Positions 28,770 through 38,207 of a stretch of DNA of 64,000 bases are shown piece by piece; positions within the stretch are counted from its first letter, which is position 1, and every line of letters starts with the position of its first letter. Under the pieces are notes generated by a model that was not told the origin of the DNA, did not search any database, and saw only the letters and a list, made by a program, of their open reading frames with translations. The translations under genes were made by a program, and so were the position numbers. This stretch comes from Deltaproteobacteria bacterium (lineage in GTDB: Bacteria; Desulfobacterota; Syntrophobacteria; BM002): contig JAJDNB010000040.1 of assembly GCA_022340905.1 (NCBI GenBank), positions 9,603 to 73,602 of the forward strand, given 5' to 3'.

Positions 28770-30152
28770 GTGATGTTCGGTCGTGTCCGTAAATTTACTG
28801 ACACTGATGTGTGGGTGGTTGAAGTTGAAAAGCTGCCGCGATTGAAAAGTATGCTTTACAGACAACTGCAGTTGGCGCTCTACGTCTGGCGAGAGTTCTG
28901 GAAGGATAATAGTCTGCTTCGGGCTTCCGGCCTCACCTATACCACCCTTCTAACTCTCGTGCCTCTCTTGGCCCTCATGTTTGCTCTCCTGAAAGGACTG
29001 GGCGTGCAAAAAGCGCTAGAGCCCTTTTTTCTCGAAAGGCTTACCGGCGGATCCCACCCAATAACTGAGCGTATAATGGAATATGTTTCCCACATCCATG
29101 TGGGCTCCCTAGGGACTCTGGGAATAACCTTTCTTTTTCTGACGATGATACTGGTGCTTACCAACGTTGAAATGGCCTTCAATCAGATCTGGCAAGTGGA
29201 TCGAGGGAGACCCTGGTTGAGGAAATGCAGTGACTATCTGGGCCTGGTGGTGATTTTGCCAGTGGCCATGTTCGTATCCTTGAGCTTGATGACCTTTGTG
29301 AAAAGTCACCTGGTAACCCAGGAACTCCTAAGCATAGATCTCTTGGGGAGAATATATGTATACCTACTCAAAATAGCGCCGTTCTTCGTCATGTGGTTGG
29401 CCTTTTCTTTTATCTACCTTTTCATGCCCAACACGCGGGTTAATCCCATCTCTGCTTCTGCAGGCGGAATTATAGGTGGAACTCTTTGGCAGTTTTGTCA
29501 ATGGGCCTATATCCATTATCAGTTCGGCTTCAGGACTTACGGAGCAATCTACGGGGCACTTTCACAACTTCCAATGCTGCTTATCTGGATATTTGTCAGC
29601 TGGATTATTTTACTGTTAGGGGCGGAAATTGCTTTTGCCCACCAAAATCTAGCGCGGTTCCGCATAAAGCAGCGCTGGCAAGCTCAACCCACGGTGAACC
29701 GGAGCTACTGGGGGCTGCAGTTGCTCCTGTTAGTATGTGAGCGGTTCGAGGCGGGCAAGTCCCCCCCAACAATAAAAGAGCTTGCGGAGGAGCTGGAAAT
29801 ACCAGCAGATGAAACAAGAGCACTGCTAGACATTATGGAAACAATAGGGGCTTTGAAAGCCAGTGGCGAGAATGGGCACGAAGTTCTTCCAGCTAAGGAC
29901 ATGAAGCACCTTATGGTTTTTGATTTGGTGGAAGGATTGGAGCAGAGAGAGTCCTTTCCCGAAACCATAGTACCCGAAGGATACGGAAATATTATTTTGG
30001 AGGTGCTAAAACGTGTTCGTGAACAGGGTAAAAAGGGGATTAAGGAGCTCAGCCTTGCCGACTTACTGGCCAGAGCAAAAAAGGAAATTGTCAGTGCAGA
30101 AGCCGAGACCGACGAAGTCGAGGAAGCCAGGCAATTAACGGACGCAATCTAA
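28770..30152 (+). CDS. YihY/BrkB family inner membrane protein with C-terminal winged-helix-like domain
   Basis: RASGLTYTTLLTLVPLLA, VEMAFNQIW, YGAIYGALSQLP..LIWIFVSW..LLLGAE. Confidence 0.9.
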   Translation: MMFGRVRKFTDTDVWVVEVEKLPRLKSMLYRQLQLALYVWREFWKDNSLLRASGLTYTTLLTLVPLLALMFALLKGLGVQKALEPFFLERLTGGSHPITERIMEYVSHIHVGSLGTLGITFLFLTMILVLTNVEMAFNQIWQVDRGRPWLRKCSDYLGLVVILPVAMFVSLSLMTFVKSHLVTQELLSIDLLGRIYVYLLKIAPFFVMWLAFSFIYLFMPNTRVNPISASAGGIIGGTLWQFCQWAYIHYQFGFRTYGAIYGALSQLPMLLIWIFVSWIILLLGAEIAFAHQNLARFRIKQRWQAQPTVNRSYWGLQLLLLVCERFEAGKSPPTIKELAEELEIPADETRALLDIMETIGALKASGENGHEVLPAKDMKHLMVFDLVEGLEQRESFPETIVPEGYGNIILEVLKRVREQGKKGIKELSLADLLARAKKEIVSAEAETDEVEEARQLTDAI

Positions 30153-30199
30153 AATTTAACCTAAAAGCTTGGTAAAATCCCTTGGCAGCAAGAGCTAAA

Positions 30200-31231
30200 T
30201 CACCCGGAAAAATGAGTGGCCACAGCTTCGGCATCAGCAAAACTGATGGGTTCTAGGTATTCTTCCCTGAGCTTTTCCACCCTACCCAGAGACAGAGTCA
30301 AGCCATCGGGATCAAGGAGGCCGCGGTCGAGACCATGACTCAGTGCTTCGGCGGTCTGTGACATTTTTTCCAGGTCATTACACACCAAAAGGAGATCTGC
30401 GCCCGCGTTGAGAGCCGCGATTGATGCAGTTTCTTGCGAATATTTCTCACCAACCGCACCCATTTCCAGGTCGTCAGTGATAATCACGCCACTGAAGCCC
30501 AGTTGATCCCGTAACAGGCCATGGAGAATGTCCCTGGAAAATGTTCCTGGATATTCCGGATCAAGAGTTGGATAAATGGTGTGAGCAGTCATCACGCAGG
30601 CCACCTTGGCCTGGACCGCAGCTCTAAAGGGTGGCAGATCGAAATGGTCGAGTTCATCTCTCTCCGCTGATATAATGGGTAAATCGTGATGTGGATCCCT
30701 GTGGGTGCGTCCCAAACCGGGGAAATGTTTGGCGGTGGCTATGACACCTTCAGACTGAATCGCCTCAATTGCTGCTATCCCGCACTGGCAAACCAGAGAT
30801 GGGTCCGAGGCAAAGGAACGGCGCTCCATGACCTCTCCTAAATTGACGTCAAGAACGGGTGCCAGGTTCAGATTAAGACCTACGAGATTCATCTCATGGG
30901 CAATAAGTCTGTAATAGTTGCCCACCAGCTGAGAACCGCTCATACCAAGGACGGCGGCATGGGGAATTTGAGTGAACGGTGGTCCCATTCTGGCAACACT
31001 GCCTCCTTCCTGATCCACTGCCAAGAAAAGAGGACGTCCGAGCTCCTGCACTGCCAGCTCTTGAATATCCGAGGTAAGCTGAGCTAGTTGTTTTGGATTC
31101 CTGATGTTTCTGCTGAAAAATATGAGGCCGGCTGGCTGCAAGGTGAGTATGTGAGCGGCAAGAGCCCTATTCATTTCCTGTCCCATGAAGCCAATCATCA
31201 ACAGTTCGCCTAGACGTTCACGAAGATCCAT
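30200..31231 (-). CDS. nagZ: Beta-N-acetylhexosaminidase (GH3)
   Basis: FFSRN, VDQEGG.VAR, LNLAPVLD, KHFPGLG, D-x-H dyad (DPH), ITDDLEM. Confidence 0.93.
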   Translation of the reverse strand: MDLRERLGELLMIGFMGQEMNRALAAHILTLQPAGLIFFSRNIRNPKQLAQLTSDIQELAVQELGRPLFLAVDQEGGSVARMGPPFTQIPHAAVLGMSGSQLVGNYYRLIAHEMNLVGLNLNLAPVLDVNLGEVMERRSFASDPSLVCQCGIAAIEAIQSEGVIATAKHFPGLGRTHRDPHHDLPIISAERDELDHFDLPPFRAAVQAKVACVMTAHTIYPTLDPEYPGTFSRDILHGLLRDQLGFSGVIITDDLEMGAVGEKYSQETASIAALNAGADLLLVCNDLEKMSQTAEALSHGLDRGLLDPDGLTLSLGRVEKLREEYLEPISFADAEAVATHFSG

Positions 31232-31283
31232 TACCCTAGAGCCCTTTCTTTGGAAGCATGGAGATTGAAGTTGACTTAACCAG

Positions 31284-31352
31284 GTGACGAAGGTCACTAA
31301 AAAAATATACTATATAACCCTTCTTCGTGCTCTTGGTGCTTTTCATGGTGAA
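31284..31352. repeat. Nonamer-type palindromic repeat (CTTCGTGCT-like)
   Basis: ggtgacgaaggtcactaaaa ... cttcgtgct cttggtgct tttcatggtgaa; imperfect inverted arms. Confidence 0.55.
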
Positions 31353-31359
31353 ATACACC

Positions 31360-31493
31360 TAGCCCGGATGTCTCATGCATTACCTCCTGCGACGTACCGT
31401 TCAGGTACGCCTCGGAACCGACACCCTGTGGTTGCCAGGTGGCACGCCCATCTTCACGGTCTCGCGACTGCAATGCATGAGACATCCGGGCTA
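31360..31493. mobile_element. MITE: 130-bp element with perfect 20-bp TIRs, flanked by TA on both sides (IS630/Tc1-mariner-like)
   Basis: GCCCGGATGTCTCATGCATT (31362-31381) and AATGCATGAGACATCCGGGC (31472-31491) are exact reverse complements; TA at 31360-61 and 31492-93; too short to encode a transposase. Confidence 0.88.
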
Positions 31494-31624
31494 TAAATTG
31501 CACATTTGCTCCAGTGGACAACATCTGCTATATGACGCAGAGAATCATTATATACAAGAAAATATTTGTCCAATGGTAACATTTAATTTTACCGTACCCT
31601 ATCTCTTCTCTTTTTAGGAGACCA

Positions 31625-32602
31625 ATGAAACCCTTCAAGGCAATGATCTTGGCGGCAGGATTGGCGACTCGCCTCCGGCCTTTGACGCACAGCAGACCGA
31701 AGGTACTGATTCCCGTACAGAACCGGCCTCTCTTATACTGGCTGGTAGAATTTCTCTATTCCGCCGGAGCTAAGGAAGTGATAGTTAATGGCTATCACCT
31801 CAGTGATAAACTGGTTGATTCGGTTAAGAAGGGGGCTTTCCCTATTCCTGTGCATGTACGGGTGGAAGAGGTTCTTCTGGGTACAGGGGGGGGCATCCGC
31901 AATGTTGCTGATTTCTGGGATGAGCACCCTTTTGTGGTAGTAAATGGTGACATCCTGACTTCCATCGATCTCAAGGAGGTTTGGCTTAAGCACAAAAATT
32001 CCGGTGCCATGGCAACCCTGGTGCTGAAGGATGAACCTCGGTTCAATAGGGTCGAGGTGGACGAAAACGGGCGTATTCTCAGCTTTACCGGTGGACCGGG
32101 AAAACACCTGGCATTTACCGGCATTCAGGTGCTAAACCCAGAGATCCTCGCCGCCATTCCAACTCACGTTCCCATGTCCATAATCGACTGTTACCTACAG
32201 CTCATTTCGGAGAGCAAGAAAGTAATGGCACATATTGTAAAGAACCAATACTGGCGAGAGTTGGGTAGTTTGGAGGGATACCTTCAGGTTCATCAGGAGC
32301 TTTTCAATCTGGCAAAAACTCCCCTGCAAGGACTTCAAACAAGTAAAAACCCGATTGTGCACGAGTCAGCTCGTCTTGGATGTCAGGGCAGGCTTGAGGG
32401 CATGGTTTGTATCGGCCAGGAGTGTGAACTGGATACAGATGTAGTAATTGAGGAAAGCGTTATCTGGGATCAGGTAAGGGTTGGGACTGGTTGCACCATC
32501 CGTAACAGCATCGTCGGTGACGGAGTGGTGGTGACAGAGTCCCTTGCGGGAGTTGCTATCGGGACAGAGGGAAGGGTAGAGCTTAATCCGGGCAGAGAAT
32601 AG
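31625..32602 (+). CDS. NDP-sugar pyrophosphorylase, MurU-like (MurNAc-1-P uridylyltransferase), with C-terminal hexapeptide region
   Basis: AMILAAGLATRLRPLT..RPKVL.PV, LLGTGGG, FVVVNGDIL, AFTGIQV; context next to nagZ and amgK-like. Confidence 0.75.
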   Translation: MKPFKAMILAAGLATRLRPLTHSRPKVLIPVQNRPLLYWLVEFLYSAGAKEVIVNGYHLSDKLVDSVKKGAFPIPVHVRVEEVLLGTGGGIRNVADFWDEHPFVVVNGDILTSIDLKEVWLKHKNSGAMATLVLKDEPRFNRVEVDENGRILSFTGGPGKHLAFTGIQVLNPEILAAIPTHVPMSIIDCYLQLISESKKVMAHIVKNQYWRELGSLEGYLQVHQELFNLAKTPLQGLQTSKNPIVHESARLGCQGRLEGMVCIGQECELDTDVVIEESVIWDQVRVGTGCTIRNSIVGDGVVVTESLAGVAIGTEGRVELNPGRE

Positions 32603-32675
32603 CTGGAGTAATAGAGTACTGAGGTGATGGACTATGGCAAAATGTCAGATTAGAAGCACCAAACATCAGATTTTC

Positions 32676-32745
32676 GGTTTCAGGTGTCAGGTGTCAGGAA
32701 GAGGAGAAACAGAGGGTGAAACCTGACACCTGAACACTGAAACCT
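32676..32745. repeat. Palindromic intergenic element (TCAGGTG family), copy 2
   Basis: ggtttcaggtgtcaggtgtcagg ... tgaaacctgacacctgaacactgaaacct; shares an exact 17-mer and 11-mer with 5140-5195. Confidence 0.88.
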
Positions 32746-32767
32746 ATAGAAAAAGGAGTATTTAGTT

Positions 32768-33859
32768 TTGCCAAGGCCAACGAGTTTCCCGAAAAGCTCA
32801 GCGGAAAAGCTGATCCTAGAAAACACCCAAATTAGAGGGCCTTTCCTCTGGGAGCAGCTTTACGGAGACGGTTCTGAGCGCGTTTTCCACCGGGTCTCCC
32901 ATGGCAAAGGAAGCTTGGTAGTAGTGTGGAGTCCACTTAAGGATCAGCGGTTTCCCAATGAGAACGACTCCTACGTATACATGGGGCAACACCTCCTTAA
33001 TAAAGGAATCCCTGTACCAGAGATCTATGGCTATTCGCGTCCCGAGGGATTGACTCTCTTGGAAGACTTGGGTTCGGTGCATCTCCAACAAGCAGCGCGA
33101 TCAGCTGGTGAAAACGTGACTGCTTTATATCACCAAGCGATCGAATTGCTTTTCAGGATGCAAATACACGCCACAGAGGATCTGGACACCAGGAATTGCT
33201 TCGACACGCCTTTTTACGACCCACCGTTTATTTTCAAGCGAGAGCTACAATACTTTCAGTGGAGTTTTTTGGAAGGGGCTCTGCAACTCGAGATAGATCA
33301 AGCTTATCTTGAGAGTGACTTTTCCCTTTTGGCAACAAGGGCAGGGCAGATTGGGGACCAAGTTTTTTTTGTGCACCGAGATTTTCAGTCCCGCAATCTC
33401 ATAGTGAAGGGTAATCTTCTGTACCTCATCGACTTTCAGGGGGCTCGCTTGGGCCCTCCCCAGTATGATTTGGCGTCGCTCCTTTTAGATCCCTACGTGC
33501 AGCTGCCCGATTCCATGCAAGCTGAGTTATTGAGAATACACGGCAAGAAGCTTAGTGAATTGACTGGAATATCAGTGGAAGATTTTCTCTGCGGGTTTTT
33601 CCATGTGGCATTGTGCCGGAACCTACAGGTTCTTGCCGCCTTTTCCTTTCTCAGCAAAAGGAAAAAGAGGTCACATTTTGCCCAATATATCATGCCCGCT
33701 TGGAGGAGCCTGAGGCGGCTATTGACAGATGCAAGGGTTTCGGAATACGAAAGTTTGGCAAACTTGGTGAATAACCAGAGCGACGAGATGGTCGCCAAAG
33801 CGGCGGCTCGGTTAGAGAGGGAGGCCCGAAGCGCAGAGTGCAAAGAGAAACAAAGATAG
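32768..33859 (+). CDS. APH-fold sugar kinase, AmgK-like (anomeric MurNAc/GlcNAc kinase)
   Basis: GDGSERVFHR, LLEDLG, HRDFQSRNL, IDFQGA, YDLASLL.DPY. Confidence 0.8.
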   Translation: MPRPTSFPKSSAEKLILENTQIRGPFLWEQLYGDGSERVFHRVSHGKGSLVVVWSPLKDQRFPNENDSYVYMGQHLLNKGIPVPEIYGYSRPEGLTLLEDLGSVHLQQAARSAGENVTALYHQAIELLFRMQIHATEDLDTRNCFDTPFYDPPFIFKRELQYFQWSFLEGALQLEIDQAYLESDFSLLATRAGQIGDQVFFVHRDFQSRNLIVKGNLLYLIDFQGARLGPPQYDLASLLLDPYVQLPDSMQAELLRIHGKKLSELTGISVEDFLCGFFHVALCRNLQVLAAFSFLSKRKKRSHFAQYIMPAWRSLRRLLTDARVSEYESLANLVNNQSDEMVAKAAARLEREARSAECKEKQR

Positions 33860-33978
33860 CGTCGTTCCTCATTTATCATGTCTCATTGGTCATAGGTGAT
33901 CGAACATTTGGCGACGAGACCAGAGCTTGCTATTCATATAAATGAAAAGTGATAAATGTGAAATGTGACATAAGTAAT

Positions 33979-35352
33979 ATGGAAGAGGCACAAATAGATA
34001 CCGTCGGTTCTGGCGTTGTTCCTATCGTTGCCATAGTGGGTCGTCCCAATGTGGGAAAATCGACCTTATTCAATCGGCTCTGCAGGGATCGCCGGGCGAT
34101 AGTAGATGACACACCTGGAATCACTCGTGATCGAATCATTGCCCGTGTTATCTGGGGGGATCGACCGTTCTGCCTGGTGGACACGGGTGGAATTGAAGAA
34201 CAAGCAGGCCAGCCCACCCTTCAGATGCAGGTTCGTCAGCAAGCACAAATGGCGCTTGAGGCTGCGGATTTGGTGATTTTCCTGGCTGACGGCAAAGAGG
34301 GGTTGCATTCTGGTGATGCAGCGGTTGTGGATCTCTTGAGACGGTCCGGCAAGCCAGTTCTTTTTGGAGTCAACAAAATAGATGGTCCAGAACAAGAAGA
34401 CGCTCTGTATGATTTCTACAGACTTGGGGTAGAGAAGTTTTTCCCCATTTCTGCTGCTCACGGATACGGTATCAGGGATTTAATGGATACTTTACTGGAG
34501 ATGCTTCCTCCAGAGACTGCCGGAGAAGAAGAGGCGAAAGGGATCAGAGTGGCGATAATCGGTAGGCCCAACGTGGGGAAGTCTTCTCTATTCAACTGTA
34601 TTATGGGTTCCGAGCGTGTTCTCGTGAGCGACCTGCCTGGCACCACCAGGGACGCTATCGACGTGAGTGTCACCCTTAATGACCAGGCATACTTGCTCAT
34701 TGACACGCCTGGAATCCGGAGGCGTAGCAAGACTCGGGATAAAATTGAGAAATTTAGTGTAATCAAGTCCTTGAGGAGTATTGACCGGTGTCAGATTGCG
34801 GTGTTGCTCCTTGACGGATCAGAGGGTGTTACCGCACAGGATGTGCGTATTGCCGGATATATTCATGAAAGAAGCCGCGGCGCGGTTGCGGCGATTAACA
34901 AATGGGATCTCGTGCAACGGGACCCGAGGAGGATGGGCGAGATCAGCAAATCTGTAGATGATGGGTTACGGTTCATGCCCTATGCTCCTCAATTGAAGGT
35001 CTCTGCCCTGACGGGAAAGGGGGTGCCAACCCTTTTACCCACCGTGAACATGGTGTTCTCTCAATATTGCACAAGGGTACAGACCTCGGCGGTAAACGAC
35101 GCTCTGGCGCAAGCAGTTTCCCGCCACGAACCGCCCATGCATGGTGGGCGCCGAACCAAGATTCTCTATGGTGCCCAGGTGTCCTCTCAACCACCAACCT
35201 TTGTGGTGTTCGTGAGTTACCCAGAAGCAATTCACTTTTCCTACCAACGCTATCTAACCAACCAGATCCGCAAAGCATTTTCGTTAGACCTGACTCCCAT
35301 ACGATTGGTGTTTCGCCGAAGAGGAAGCGACAAACGCAGGAGGAAAAGGTGA
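33979..35352 (+). CDS. der: Ribosome biogenesis GTPase Der (EngA)
   Basis: Two GTPase domains (GRPNVGKST, DTGG, NKID; GRPNVGKSS, DTPG, NKWD) and a KH-like C-terminus. Confidence 0.97.
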   Translation: MEEAQIDTVGSGVVPIVAIVGRPNVGKSTLFNRLCRDRRAIVDDTPGITRDRIIARVIWGDRPFCLVDTGGIEEQAGQPTLQMQVRQQAQMALEAADLVIFLADGKEGLHSGDAAVVDLLRRSGKPVLFGVNKIDGPEQEDALYDFYRLGVEKFFPISAAHGYGIRDLMDTLLEMLPPETAGEEEAKGIRVAIIGRPNVGKSSLFNCIMGSERVLVSDLPGTTRDAIDVSVTLNDQAYLLIDTPGIRRRSKTRDKIEKFSVIKSLRSIDRCQIAVLLLDGSEGVTAQDVRIAGYIHERSRGAVAAINKWDLVQRDPRRMGEISKSVDDGLRFMPYAPQLKVSALTGKGVPTLLPTVNMVFSQYCTRVQTSAVNDALAQAVSRHEPPMHGGRRTKILYGAQVSSQPPTFVVFVSYPEAIHFSYQRYLTNQIRKAFSLDLTPIRLVFRRRGSDKRRRKR

Positions 35353-36542
35353 GGGGTGATCGTCCTTTTTTTTCGGCTCGACTAGCCCTCATCGTAGTGA
35401 TAAGTGGGCTCCTTTTATGCTGCGGTTCTCAAGAAGAAAAGATCAATTGGAGCGGTCCGGCGCGGATTGGGGTAGTGGTCCCGGGAAATGGTCCCTTGCA
35501 GGATGAGGGAGAAATGCTGCGATTCGGGGCGTCATTGGCAATCGAGGAGGCTAAGGGGCGAGTAGCCGGCCATAAAGTAGAAATAATCGTCTACCACTCT
35601 CCTTGTGATGCTGGCGGGGCTGTTCCCCTTGCCGAGCGAATTGTTGCCGACGACTCGATAAACGCGGTAATCGGCTATTTATGCCCAGAGCCTATTCGCG
35701 CCGTATTGCCGATTTATGAGAATGCACATCTGGCGTTGATCAATCCCACTGTCTCCGCCGAGGACATAAGGAGAACAGGAGGCAGATATCTATTCCCTTT
35801 ACTATATGGGGATGGAGAGCAAGGGAAGTTTCTTGCTGTCTATGTGAAAAGAGGCCTCGGCCTCAGCCGAATTGCAATCTTTAGTGACGGCTCCAACTTC
35901 GGTAACCTTGTGGGCGGCTCTTTTCTTAATGAAGCCAATCGTCTAGGCTTGGAGTTGGTTGCAAATATTTCTGCCAATCCTGGGGAGAAAGAAGCGGCAC
36001 GGGCTGTGAGACTTTTAGAGAGTAAAAGACCTGAAGCTATTTTCCTGGCAGCTTTGCCAAAAGCAGCTAGTTTATTCTTGATCGAACATCGTCGCCAGAA
36101 CTCAGGTGGCGTGGTCTTGGGAACGGATAAGTTAGCAGGCCTCGATTTCTATGAAACGGCTGGCCGGGCAGCCGAGGGGTTACTTGTATGCCAGCCGATT
36201 CTCCTTGATAGAGGGAATCCGGAGATTGCCGAGTTCATTAAAAGGTTCGAGCAATTCAGTAAGCGAAGTCCCAACTGGATCGCTGTGGCTGGTTATGACT
36301 CTATGCGGTTGGCTTTGGAAGTGTTGAGCCGCTCAGGACCTGAGAGAACAGTGTTTTTTAGCGCACTTAGGAAAATTTGTCAGTCAGGCAGATCGTTTCG
36401 TGGACTAGGCGGTCCGGTTTTTTTTCGAGCGAATGGCACGAGTCAAAGACCTCTCTTTGTAGCCGAGATCCATAATGGACAGCTGAGACCGGCAAAGCCG
36501 CCGACTGTAACCTTTCCCGTTGCACTCAAGGGTGAGAGATAA
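35349..36542 (+). CDS. LivK-type ABC substrate-binding lipoprotein 1 (divergent ligand site)
   Basis: GTG start overlapping the der TGA; lipobox-like LLLCC; RIGVVVPGNG, AIEE, AVIGYLC; periplasmic binding protein type 1 pattern. Confidence 0.8.
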   Translation: MRGDRPFFSARLALIVVISGLLLCCGSQEEKINWSGPARIGVVVPGNGPLQDEGEMLRFGASLAIEEAKGRVAGHKVEIIVYHSPCDAGGAVPLAERIVADDSINAVIGYLCPEPIRAVLPIYENAHLALINPTVSAEDIRRTGGRYLFPLLYGDGEQGKFLAVYVKRGLGLSRIAIFSDGSNFGNLVGGSFLNEANRLGLELVANISANPGEKEAARAVRLLESKRPEAIFLAALPKAASLFLIEHRRQNSGGVVLGTDKLAGLDFYETAGRAAEGLLVCQPILLDRGNPEIAEFIKRFEQFSKRSPNWIAVAGYDSMRLALEVLSRSGPERTVFFSALRKICQSGRSFRGLGGPVFFRANGTSQRPLFVAEIHNGQLRPAKPPTVTFPVALKGER

Positions 36543-36596
36543 CTCTGTAAGGCTGGGAACGAGCTACCAGGAACTAACCAGCGGGCAGACTATCGA

Positions 36597-36686
36597 GGTT
36601 CAAAGTTCCAGGTTTCAGGTTTCAAGTTTCTGGCTAGTTTATGGAAAATCTCTGAACTTGAGACTTGGGGCTTGAAACTTTGAACT
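36597..36686. repeat. Palindromic heptamer element (TTCAAAG/TTTCAGG family)
   Basis: Left ggttcaaagttccaggtttcaggtttcaagttt; right aacttgagacttggggcttgaaactttgaact. Confidence 0.8.
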
Positions 36687-36707
36687 AAACGCTAGGAGTT
36701 GAGCAGA

Positions 36708-36735
36708 TTGACACCATCGCGCCGCCTGTGATAAT
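36708..36735 (+). promoter_or_regulatory. Putative sigma70 promoter (extended -10) for binding protein 2
   Basis: TTGACA, 16 nt, TGn-GATAAT. Confidence 0.55.
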
Positions 36736-36957
36736 TTTACTTATTTTTATTGCAGAAAGCGCTCTGGTTAACTCTAATCTGAGCCTTCTTGCCTATCGAT
36801 CGTCCATCTCTTAATGGATTACTTATGGGGTGGGGAGAACCAACCCTTTTCTGCCTTTGTCTTTCTCAGGAGATATTGCCATTTTACGCTGGAGAAGTTG
36901 GCAAGGATTTGGTTTTGGCTAGTGCTTTCTCCCATCCGAATTGACGGATATAGGAAA

Positions 36958-38082
36958 ATGAAAAGAGCGATCCATTTTGCTCTGCTCTTGGCTCTGTTAA
37001 CTTTTCAGAATCTTACGGTTACTGCACAAGAGCCCATCAGAATCGGCGTTTATTTGCCCATGACCGGTAGTGCTGCTGTTTTTGGCCAGATGGAATGGCT
37101 TGGTATTCAGACAGCGCATGCCATGACCGACGAGGTCTTGGGACGGAAAGTCAAACTGGTACTGAAAGACAGCAAAAGCGACCCAACTGAAGCAGCAGGT
37201 GCTGTGGAGAGTTTGGTTAAAGAGCATAAAGTGGTGGGCATCGTAGGTGGAGCAACAAGTGCAGAAGCTCTAGCTGGAGGCTCAATAGCAGAGAAGTACG
37301 GGATACCAATGATTTCACCTTCTGCCACAAATCTCCTGGTTACGCGAGATAAAAAATACGTGTTTCGAGCTTGCTTCGACGATTCTTTCCAAAGCCAGGT
37401 CGCCGCCAGGCAGGCCAGAATAGCCATGGGTGCCGAGACTGCGGCGGTGATCGTTGATATCGCTAAGGCAGATTATAGCGTCGGCTTGGGGAATCTTTTC
37501 CTGAAGGCCTTTGGAGAGATGGGCGGCAAGGTGGTTATCACAGCATACATCCAAACGGGTGACCGAGATTTTAAAAGTCAACTTTCAGAGGTGAATGGAG
37601 CTAATCCAGAGATTATTTATGCACCGAACTACTATAAGGAAAATGCTCTTTTGGCCAAACAGGCCAGGGAACTGGGGATAAAGGCGCCTATTCTCATGGC
37701 CGATGGAGCTCATGTGCCAGAACTCATACAAGATGGTGGGAAGGCCGTGGAAGGGGTTTACCTTACCGCTCATTTCAGTCTGGAGGCGGTGAATACCAAT
37801 TTGGGTCAAAGGTTTGTTGCCAAATTCAAGAAGAAATATCAGAGGGACGCCGATGGTTTTGGTGCTCTGGGAGCGGATGCCTATTTTATTCTCACCGGGG
37901 CGATTGGCAGGGCTGAGTCCTCAAAGGGATCCACGATACGAACCGCTTTAACTCAAATGAGAAATTTCAAAGGGGTTACCGGTGCGATCAAGATTGAAGA
38001 GAATGGCAAGACGGTTAAGAGCCTCGTGGTTACCAGAGTGAACAATGGTAAATTCGATTACGTAGCCACAGTGAATCCTTAA
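36958..38082 (+). CDS. Branched-chain amino acid ABC substrate-binding protein 2
   Basis: Signal peptide, IRIGVYLPMTG, SPSATN, FRACFDDSFQ, ADG; ATG 36958. Confidence 0.9.
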   Translation: MKRAIHFALLLALLTFQNLTVTAQEPIRIGVYLPMTGSAAVFGQMEWLGIQTAHAMTDEVLGRKVKLVLKDSKSDPTEAAGAVESLVKEHKVVGIVGGATSAEALAGGSIAEKYGIPMISPSATNLLVTRDKKYVFRACFDDSFQSQVAARQARIAMGAETAAVIVDIAKADYSVGLGNLFLKAFGEMGGKVVITAYIQTGDRDFKSQLSEVNGANPEIIYAPNYYKENALLAKQARELGIKAPILMADGAHVPELIQDGGKAVEGVYLTAHFSLEAVNTNLGQRFVAKFKKKYQRDADGFGALGADAYFILTGAIGRAESSKGSTIRTALTQMRNFKGVTGAIKIEENGKTVKSLVVTRVNNGKFDYVATVNP

Positions 38083-38117
38083 GGTGCGAGTACTTTGCCT
38101 CCGTGGCCCATTCGCGC

Positions 38118-38147
38118 TTGACAGACAAGTTTTCTTTTACCTATACT
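38118..38147 (+). promoter_or_regulatory. Putative sigma70 promoter for binding protein 3
   Basis: TTGACA, 18 nt, TATACT. Confidence 0.6.
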
Positions 38148-38207
38148 CCCTCACCAAAAAATGGAGTTAAACATATTATTTTATCTTCTTTTGAGGAGGC
38201 AGTTATT

